From an uncultured Alteromonas sp. (GTDB lineage: Bacteria; Bacteroidota; Bacteroidia; Flavobacteriales; Flavobacteriaceae): a stretch of DNA of 64,000 nt. The notes beneath the pieces are model-generated. The model did not search any database, was not told where the DNA came from, and saw nothing but the letters and a program-made list of their open reading frames with translations. The stretch's first letter is position 1; every line of letters begins with the position of its first letter. Below, one piece after another: positions 37,796 through 45,201 of the stretch. The stretch lies in NCBI GenBank assembly GCA_964495885.1, contig CAZBWO010000011.1, positions 18,933 to 82,932 on the forward strand, given 5' to 3'. The position numbers and the translations under genes are program-made.

Positions 37796-39703
37796 CTACA
37801 ATGCGTTATCCATAATTTCCTGAACAACTTCAGGATTCAACAAGGTACTGGTATCCCCTAAATTGCCTGTGTCTTTATGGGCAATTTTGCGAAGGATCCT
37901 TCGCATGATTTTACCGCTTCGGGTTTTGGGCAACCCAGAAGTAAATTGAATTTTATCCAGTTTTGCAATTGGCCCAATCTTTTCGGTAATGAGTTGATTG
38001 ACCTCTTTTCGAAGATTATCATGGTTTCTAACTTCTCCAGTTTCCTTCAGTATCACATATCCGTAGAGTGCATTCCCTTTTACTTCGTGTGGGAATCCTA
38101 CAATCGCACTTTCGGCAACAGCTGGATGTTCATTTATGGCATCCTCAATAGGAGCGGTTCCCAAATTATGACCCGAGACAATAATTACATCATCTACACG
38201 TCCAGTGATTCTGTAATAACCGGTATTATCCCGAAGTGCCCCGTCGCCAGTAAAATATTTGTTTTCAAACGCCGAAAAATAGGTATCCTTATACCGTTGG
38301 TGATTCCCCCAAATGGTACGGGCCATGGAAGGCCAAGGGAATTTAACGCACAACCTTCCATTGGCGGGGCTTCCTTTAATTTCTTTCCCTTCTTCATCCA
38401 TTAAGCAAGGTTGGATTCCAGGAAGTGGTAATGTCGCGAATGTAGGAATAGTTGGTGTTGCAAAAGGAATAGGGGAAATCATGATTCCGCCTGTTTCGGT
38501 TTGCCACCAAGTATCTACAATAGGGGTATTTCCTTTTCCAATATTGTCATTGTACCAATGCCAGGCTTCCTCGTTAATGGGCTCTCCAACAGTCCCCAAA
38601 ACTTTTAGGGATGAGAGGTCATATTTTTCCACAAAATCAAGGTTTTCCTTGGCAAGTGCACGAATTGCGGTGGGAGCGGTATAAAACTGATTGATTTTAT
38701 GTTTTTCCACAATCTCCCAAAAACGTCCCCAATCTGGGTAGGTGGGAACACCTTCAAACATCACGGTGGTAGCACCATTGGCAAGAGGCCCATACACTAT
38801 GTAACTATGGCCGGTAATCCACCCAATATCTGCAGTACACCAATAAATATCATGCTCTTTATACTGAAAAACATTTTTAAAGGAATAAGCACTATATACC
38901 ATATACCCTCCAGTAGTGTGAACCATTCCTTTGGGTTTTCCTGTAGACCCTGAAGTGTACAAAATAAATAAGGGGTCTTCTGCATTCATTACTTCTGAGT
39001 CACAATCTAGGTAAGCAGCATCCAATAAGGGTTGTAACCAGTGATCCCTGCCTTCTTTCATTTGAATGTCTGAATCAATCCGCTTGGCTACCAGGACAGA
39101 TTCCACACAATTACAGGATTCCAAGGCTTCGTCTACAATTCCTTTGAGGTCTATGGTCTTGGCACCTCTATAAGAACCATCACTGGTAATCACCATTTTG
39201 CAGGTACTGTCATTAATTCGTGTGGCAAGTGCTTGTGCTGAAAACCCTGCAAAAACCACACTGTGGATTGCTCCAATACGGGCACAGGCCAATACGGAAA
39301 CAGCCAATTCCGGAATCATGGGTAAATAAATACAAACGCGGTCGCCTTTTTGAATACCCTTTTCTTTTAATACGTTGGCAAATTGGCATACCCGTTTATG
39401 TAATTCGCTATAGGTAATATGTTGCGCCTCTTCTGAAGGGTCATTTGGTTCAAACAAAATAGCGGTTTTGTCTCCTCGGGTGGCGAGGTGGCGATCAATG
39501 CAATTTTCGGTGATATTAAGTTGTGCACCTTCAAACCATTTCACTTCGGGTTTGTTGAAATCCCAATCAAGGACTTTATTCCAGCGTTTACGCCATAAGA
39601 AATGTTCTTCGGCTACTTCTTCCCAAAAAGTTTCGGGATCCCGAACACTTTTTCGGTATACTTGAAAATATTCTTCCAGGTTTTTAATGTGATAATTACT
39701 CAT
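37796..39703 (-). CDS. acs: Acetyl-CoA synthetase (AMP-forming)
   Basis: 635 aa. ...YTSGSTGKPKG..., ...WWQTETGG..., ...TGDGALRD..GYYRITGRVDDVI... and ...LPKTRSGKIMRR. Confidence 0.95.
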   Translation of the reverse strand: MSNYHIKNLEEYFQVYRKSVRDPETFWEEVAEEHFLWRKRWNKVLDWDFNKPEVKWFEGAQLNITENCIDRHLATRGDKTAILFEPNDPSEEAQHITYSELHKRVCQFANVLKEKGIQKGDRVCIYLPMIPELAVSVLACARIGAIHSVVFAGFSAQALATRINDSTCKMVITSDGSYRGAKTIDLKGIVDEALESCNCVESVLVAKRIDSDIQMKEGRDHWLQPLLDAAYLDCDSEVMNAEDPLFILYTSGSTGKPKGMVHTTGGYMVYSAYSFKNVFQYKEHDIYWCTADIGWITGHSYIVYGPLANGATTVMFEGVPTYPDWGRFWEIVEKHKINQFYTAPTAIRALAKENLDFVEKYDLSSLKVLGTVGEPINEEAWHWYNDNIGKGNTPIVDTWWQTETGGIMISPIPFATPTIPTFATLPLPGIQPCLMDEEGKEIKGSPANGRLCVKFPWPSMARTIWGNHQRYKDTYFSAFENKYFTGDGALRDNTGYYRITGRVDDVIIVSGHNLGTAPIEDAINEHPAVAESAIVGFPHEVKGNALYGYVILKETGEVRNHDNLRKEVNQLITEKIGPIAKLDKIQFTSGLPKTRSGKIMRRILRKIAHKDTGNLGDTSTLLNPEVVQEIMDNAL

Positions 39704-39713
39704 TTTGGTCGAT

Positions 39714-41600
39714 TTAAATAATATTGTGTTTTATGTACGTCTGTTCTATTTCTGAAATGATGCCCACATCATCAATGGTAGAGGGTATTTTATATTCAGA
39801 TTGGTCTGCGATATTCCGAAGTAATTTACGAAGAATTTTTCCAGAGCGTGTCTTCGGAAGGCGTTCCACGATTAATACTTCCTTGAAAGAGGCCACGGCA
39901 CCAATTTGCTCCCTCACAGCTCCCACGATTTCCACCTGAAGTTCTTCCGGTTTGCTTTGGGCGCCTGCTTTTAAAACAACCAAACCAAGAGGTCTCTGGC
40001 CTTTTAAGCTACAGCTAATGCCAAATACAGCACATTCAGCAACCTTAGGATGTGCGGCAACAACTTCTTCCATTTCTGCCGTTGAAAGACGGTGTCCCGC
40101 CACATTAATGATGTCATCTACGCGTCCGGTAATGTAGACATAGCCTTCTTCATCTTTGTAGCCTCCGTCACCGGAAAAATAATATCCTGGGAATTTTTCC
40201 AAGTATCCATGTTTGAAACGTTCGGGATTTCCCCAAAGGCCCATGAGCATTCCCGGAGGTAGCGGAAGTTTTACTACCACATACCCTTCTTTGTTGGGCT
40301 CCATTTCTTCGCCATCTTCATTCACAACTTGAATGTCATAACCGCAAACGGGTTTTCCTGCTGAAACTGGTTTTACCTTTTGTAATTCAAGCCCTGCCAT
40401 ATTTGCCAACATGGGCCATCCAGATTCGGTTTGCCACCAGTGATCAATAACAGGGATATTCAATTTTTCCTCTAGCCATTGCAGCGTTGCTACATCGCAG
40501 CGTTCACCAGCCAAGAATTGGTACTTTAAACAGGAGAGGTCAAAATCCTTTATCAATTCACCCTCTGGATCTTCCTTTTTGATGGCCCTAATAGCAGTTG
40601 GTGCGGTAAACATTACTTTTACTTGATGTTCACTAATCACCCGCCAAAAAGTAGATGCATCAGGCGTTTTAATAGGCTTACCTTCAAAAAGAATAGATGT
40701 GTTTCTGTTGAGCAATGGACCATAAACAATATAGCTATGGCCTACCACCCACCCAACATCACTAGCTGCCCAATAGGTGTCACCTTCATCAACCCCATAG
40801 ACATATTTCATGGAAAATTTCAAGGCTGTGGCATATCCTCCAGAATCCCGAACCACGCCTTTTGGTGTTCCTGTGGTACCGGAAGTATATAAAATATATA
40901 AAGGATGTGTTGCATGGACAGGAACTGGAGCTGCCGGGGAGGCATTATCTACCAATTCTTGATAATCAATATCATGAAGCTTCTTGGGGATTTCTACACC
41001 CAATTTACGATCAAAGATGATAACGTTTTCAGGGGGAAAGGAAGCTTCCTCGATGGCTTTATCTACAAACGGTTTGTACGGAATGATTCGGTTTATTTCA
41101 ATTCCGTTTGAAGCCGTGATAATAATTTTTGGTTTACAATCGTCAATTCTAATGGCAAGTTCATGTGGGGCAAAACCACCAAACACAACAGAATGGATGA
41201 CCCCCAATCTTGCACAAGCCAACATGGCGTAAATTGCCTGTGGAATCATGGGCATGTAAATAATGGCAGTATCTCCTTTTTTTAGTCCTAAGAATTTCAG
41301 CCCGCCCGCCAATTTGCCCACCTCCTCTTGAAGTTGAAAAAATGTTATTTTTTCAATGGTATTGGTTACAGGCGAATCATAGATGATTGCGTTTTGGTTT
41401 CCGTGGCCCTCTTCAATATGCTTGTCTATGCATAGGTAACTTATGTTAAGACTTCCATCTTCAAACCATTTATACCCTTCATCTTCTGTACGGGACAGTA
41501 TATTCTTTGGAAATTCAAACCATTTTAAAGCTTGAGCTTGTTCCTTCCAAAAGCTTTCAGGATTTTGAATGCTGTCTTGATAAAACTTTGTGTAGCTCAT
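39714..41600 (-). CDS. prpE: Propionate--CoA ligase-like acyl-CoA synthetase (PrpE family)
   Basis: 628 aa. The N-terminus MSYTKFYQDSIQNPESFWKEQA resembles PrpE. ...YTSGTTGTPKG..., ...WWQTESGW... and ...LPKTRSGKILRK. The symbol is by family resemblance only. Confidence 0.8.
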   Translation of the reverse strand: MSYTKFYQDSIQNPESFWKEQAQALKWFEFPKNILSRTEDEGYKWFEDGSLNISYLCIDKHIEEGHGNQNAIIYDSPVTNTIEKITFFQLQEEVGKLAGGLKFLGLKKGDTAIIYMPMIPQAIYAMLACARLGVIHSVVFGGFAPHELAIRIDDCKPKIIITASNGIEINRIIPYKPFVDKAIEEASFPPENVIIFDRKLGVEIPKKLHDIDYQELVDNASPAAPVPVHATHPLYILYTSGTTGTPKGVVRDSGGYATALKFSMKYVYGVDEGDTYWAASDVGWVVGHSYIVYGPLLNRNTSILFEGKPIKTPDASTFWRVISEHQVKVMFTAPTAIRAIKKEDPEGELIKDFDLSCLKYQFLAGERCDVATLQWLEEKLNIPVIDHWWQTESGWPMLANMAGLELQKVKPVSAGKPVCGYDIQVVNEDGEEMEPNKEGYVVVKLPLPPGMLMGLWGNPERFKHGYLEKFPGYYFSGDGGYKDEEGYVYITGRVDDIINVAGHRLSTAEMEEVVAAHPKVAECAVFGISCSLKGQRPLGLVVLKAGAQSKPEELQVEIVGAVREQIGAVASFKEVLIVERLPKTRSGKILRKLLRNIADQSEYKIPSTIDDVGIISEIEQTYIKHNII

Positions 41601-41603
41601 GAC

Positions 41604-41822
41604 TTACCCTTTTTTTGGTCCAAAGAGTCCAAACCAATTGGGGTTTAGCACTTTAAACTTGATGAGCACCCAAAGGATGACAATAAAACAAAGTCCCATA
41701 ACTATGGAATGCATAGGGGTTATAGGAGTTTCATTTTCCAGTTTGAATCGTATAAAAAGGGTAATAGCTGCGTAGAGACAAATGATGATGTCTGAAGCCA
41801 AAGGAGGTATGCGTAATTTCAT
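41604..41822 (-). CDS. Small two-TM membrane protein (72 aa), unknown function
   Basis: ATG start. The stop lies 3 nt before the prpE-like ATG. There are two hydrophobic helices and no family was recognised. Confidence 0.5.
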   Translation of the reverse strand: MKLRIPPLASDIIICLYAAITLFIRFKLENETPITPMHSIVMGLCFIVILWVLIKFKVLNPNWFGLFGPKKG

Positions 41823-41867
41823 GATACAAATCTTAAATTAAACCAGTTCTTGCACACAGACCAAGTA

Positions 41868-42230
41868 TTAACTCAAGAGTTCATGTATTTCTGAAACTAT
41901 TTTTTTTATTGAAAACGGCTTTGTAATATACTTATTTGCTCCAAGTTTTAAGCCTTTTTCAATATCTGAAGCTTTATTCTTCGCGGTGACAAATACAACT
42001 TTCGTTTCCTGTAAAGCTGTATTTTCCCGAATCCATTTCAACGTTTCATATCCATCTACTTTTGGCATCATAATATCCAAAAGAACAACATCTGGGATAT
42101 GTTTTTCTAAGATCGTGAGCGCTTCACTTCCGTCTCTTGCAATAAACACTTCAAAATCTTTTTTTTTGAAGGCATACTCCAAGGTCATCACTATGTTTGG
42201 CTCATCATCAACAATTAAAATCTTCCGCAT
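41868..42230 (-). CDS. Stand-alone receiver (CheY-like) response regulator with no output domain
   Basis: MRKILIVDDEP, phospho-acceptor ...VVLLDIMMPKVDG..., ...FVTAK... and ...YITKPF. The track start 42239 is TTG, and ATG 42230 is preferred. Confidence 0.9.
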   Translation of the reverse strand: MRKILIVDDEPNIVMTLEYAFKKKDFEVFIARDGSEALTILEKHIPDVVLLDIMMPKVDGYETLKWIRENTALQETKVVFVTAKNKASDIEKGLKLGANKYITKPFSIKKIVSEIHELLS

Positions 42231-42247
42231 CTTTTTCAAAAAGCAAT

Positions 42248-44935
42248 TTACTTAAAAGGTAGTTTAAAAACAAGGGTTGCCCCTGTTTTATTGCCCTTTT
42301 TAGCATAAATTTTTCCATGGTGCATCTCAATGATATGTTTACAAATGGAAAGCCCTAAACCACTACCCATGGGTTTTTTGGTGTTTTGTGTTTTGGATTG
42401 GTAAAATTTGTCAAAAATATAACGTATATCTTCTTCTGGAATTCCCTTTCCGTTGTCTGAAACACTTACTTTTGCCCACTTCTTTTTGACTTCGCAGGAA
42501 ATGATAATTTTTCCATCTTCCTTTGGGACAAACTTGAATGCATTGCCCAGAAGATTGGTGAGTACCTGCAGGATTCGGTCTTCATCATAAGTTACAATAA
42601 CATTATCCATAGGATGGCAGATGATTTCAATCCCTTTTTTATTCGCTATATGGCGTACCCCGTTCACAGCTTTCAGCACAGAAACTTTTAAATCGTTTTT
42701 CGCAAGATTTAATTTTTCCCTTCCAGAGGACAGTTTTTCAAAATCAAGGATATTATTGATTAACCGAGACAAGCGTTCACTATCAGTGAGGATATTGTTC
42801 AGGAATTGAAATTTCATTTCAACGGGCATTTCCTCATCCTCTAACAACAACTCTGTTGCAGCCCTAATTCCCGTTAATGGGGTTTTTAGCTCATGAGCCA
42901 CCGTATCCAAAAACTCATCTTTCTGTTTGTCTTTTACCATCAAACTTTCATTGGCATTCTGTAATTGTTCGGTAAGATGGGTAAGCGCATCCGATTTCTC
43001 CCTAAGCAGTTTGTTTTTTGTAATGTTGTCTTTAGATTCTTCCAGGATTTTTAACACTTCCACTAGGCTTATTTCCTGTTCCTTGACCACTCCGGAAATA
43101 AGTATTTTTGCAGAAGCGCTCCCAATGGTTCCGGTTAAAAGTTTTTCTGAAAAATTAATCAGACGTGCATCTGCCATTTGTGTATCCTTCGGAAGGTTAT
43201 ATTTATTGAAAAACAGGTTGAGGGCACGTTGGGTTTGATTTTCCCCTAAAAATTTTGTGAGGACATTTTGAATATCCGAAACATATGCTTCCCCCTTCCA
43301 AACCAGTGCACTATCCTGAAGAGAAGTATATTTTTTGGGGTCTACATACATTTCTGCATAGTTCCGTTCCCGATAATTGCCCTTTTGTAGTAAAGAGATG
43401 GTTAGGTAGCAAAATGTATTCAGCAGTAAACTCCAAAAAAATGCATGTGCTGGAGGAGATAGAAAATCCACTCCAAATAAAGCATAAGGTTTTAAAGCTT
43501 CCAACCCAAAAAACCCCTCATCTATTAATGCTGCTTGCCCGTTATATGCTTCCAATGTGAACGGAAGGATAAGGGTGTATAAGGCAACAAAAAATCCTAA
43601 GATGATTCCAATAATTGCTGCCCTTGAAGTACCTCGATTCCAGTAAAGTCCTATAAAAAAAGAGGGGGCCAATTGAGAAATGACAACAAAGGAGATAAGT
43701 CCTATGGAAATAAGGGGCAGTTCAATAGAGAAATTGGCATAAAACCAATAGGCAATAATGATGATCAAAAAAATAGAGGCCCGACGAATATTTTTAATGT
43801 ACTTTGCATTTTTTCGGGACTCTCCCTCACTAAACCTACTTAGAAATCCATAGGGAATCACCAGGTTATTACTCACCATGGTGGAGAGTGCCAAGGTAGA
43901 AACAACCACCATGGAAATTACTGCGGAAAACCCGCCCAAAAAAACCAATGTGGCCAAAAAAGTTTGGCCATTTTCCAGCGGAAGCAAAAGGGTAAAATAG
44001 TCACTATTAACAGCATCCCCAAAAGTGAGTTTTCCTCCCCATGCAATAAAAATCACAAAGAGGTTGAATAGCAAAAGGTACAGCGGGAAAAGCCAAATTG
44101 CTTTTTTAAGATACTTTTCCCTACTATTTTCCACTACTGATATTTGAAATTGCCTTGGAAGCAGAAAAATGGCAAAAAAGGAAAGCCCAATGGTTAGAAA
44201 CCAATTGAAACCATCGTCCATCCCTTGGATATGGGTGAGCTTTTCGAAATCTGGAGTTTGTGAAAATGCATCGTGAATTGCACTGGGGCCATCAAAAAGG
44301 GAAAAAGTCACATAACCTCCAATAAGCAAGAAGAACACTAGTTTCAATACAGATTCCAGTGCCACCGAAGTAACGATTCCTCTGTGTTTTTCAGAGGCGT
44401 CTGTTTTTTGTGTTCCGAAGAATGCAGCAAAAATGGCCAAAATTACAGCGATATACAATGTAGAATCATCATAGATACCAGAGGCTACGTAACTGGTCTC
44501 ATCACTCATGATCTGAAAGGTTTCAGAAACAGCTTTTAGCTGTAGGGCAATGTAGGGAACGGTGCCAATGACACAGATAAGCGTTACCAAAGCACCAAGA
44601 AACCGATGGTTTCCGTGGCGTAATGATAGAAAATCGGCAATGGAAGAAATCTTGTGCTGTTTTGAAATCCGCATGATTTTCCGAAGCAAAACAATCCAAA
44701 GCGGGAAGGCAATCACAGGCCCTAAGTAGATAGGCAAAAAATGAATCCCACTATTTGCGGCTACCCCAATACTTCCGTAGTAGGTCCATGCAGAGCAATA
44801 AACGGCAAGGGACAAAGTATAAATATATGGATTGTTCACCCATTTGCTTTTCGCATTCTTTTCGGCTAAAAAAGCAATGTAAAAGAGGACAGATAAATAC
44901 CCAATAATGATGGCGAAAAGAAGGTAATTACTCAT
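42248..44935 (-). CDS. Sodium:solute-symporter-fused sensor histidine kinase (CbrA/CrbS-type architecture, non-hybrid)
   Basis: 895 aa. About 500 aa form a 13-TM SSS-like domain. This is followed by a coiled coil, H-box FLDTVAHELKTPLTGI, N-box LLGNAFKF, G1 DNGKGIP and G2 GSGLGLSI. There is no C-terminal receiver. Confidence 0.9.
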   Translation of the reverse strand: MSNYLLFAIIIGYLSVLFYIAFLAEKNAKSKWVNNPYIYTLSLAVYCSAWTYYGSIGVAANSGIHFLPIYLGPVIAFPLWIVLLRKIMRISKQHKISSIADFLSLRHGNHRFLGALVTLICVIGTVPYIALQLKAVSETFQIMSDETSYVASGIYDDSTLYIAVILAIFAAFFGTQKTDASEKHRGIVTSVALESVLKLVFFLLIGGYVTFSLFDGPSAIHDAFSQTPDFEKLTHIQGMDDGFNWFLTIGLSFFAIFLLPRQFQISVVENSREKYLKKAIWLFPLYLLLFNLFVIFIAWGGKLTFGDAVNSDYFTLLLPLENGQTFLATLVFLGGFSAVISMVVVSTLALSTMVSNNLVIPYGFLSRFSEGESRKNAKYIKNIRRASIFLIIIIAYWFYANFSIELPLISIGLISFVVISQLAPSFFIGLYWNRGTSRAAIIGIILGFFVALYTLILPFTLEAYNGQAALIDEGFFGLEALKPYALFGVDFLSPPAHAFFWSLLLNTFCYLTISLLQKGNYRERNYAEMYVDPKKYTSLQDSALVWKGEAYVSDIQNVLTKFLGENQTQRALNLFFNKYNLPKDTQMADARLINFSEKLLTGTIGSASAKILISGVVKEQEISLVEVLKILEESKDNITKNKLLREKSDALTHLTEQLQNANESLMVKDKQKDEFLDTVAHELKTPLTGIRAATELLLEDEEMPVEMKFQFLNNILTDSERLSRLINNILDFEKLSSGREKLNLAKNDLKVSVLKAVNGVRHIANKKGIEIICHPMDNVIVTYDEDRILQVLTNLLGNAFKFVPKEDGKIIISCEVKKKWAKVSVSDNGKGIPEEDIRYIFDKFYQSKTQNTKKPMGSGLGLSICKHIIEMHHGKIYAKKGNKTGATLVFKLPFK

Positions 44936-45122
44936 AGTGCCTTGATAATATGATATAGGAAATTACAATGGCAATGGCCCAGACCAAAAAGCAATAGAAG
45001 TAAAAAACAGGAAACCCAAAGATAGCCCCATCCCCACTAAAAATAAGCAACAAAGGCACATTGAAAAGTGCCAATAATGCCAAGGAAAGGATTATCAGTT
45101 TTTGTTCGTGTCTTTTTTTCAC
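44928..45122 (-). CDS. Small two-TM membrane protein (64 aa), translationally coupled to the sensor kinase
   Basis: GTG start. Its stop overlaps the kinase start in ATGAGTAA (44928-44935). Two TM helices carry an FGFPVFYFY motif. Confidence 0.45.
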   Translation of the reverse strand: MKKRHEQKLIILSLALLALFNVPLLLIFSGDGAIFGFPVFYFYCFLVWAIAIVISYIILSRHYE

Positions 45123-45143
45123 GGAATGAAGATACTTAAAATT

Positions 45144-45180
45144 AAAAAAACAGCGCTCTTAGAATGAGAACGCTGTTTTT
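45144..45180 (-). terminator. Rho-independent terminator after the symporter gene
   Basis: The minus strand reads CAGCGTTCTcattctaAGAGCGCTG, a 9-bp stem with 1 mismatch. It is followed by T7 and lies 22 nt after the stop at 45202. Confidence 0.7.
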
Positions 45181-45201
45181 ACTAACAACCAAACCAATTT
45201 A

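Noticed and set aside
37877-38684. 175-aa and 123-aa plus-strand ORFs within acs
   Set aside because: They are antisense to an unmistakable acetyl-CoA synthetase and contain no recognisable motifs.
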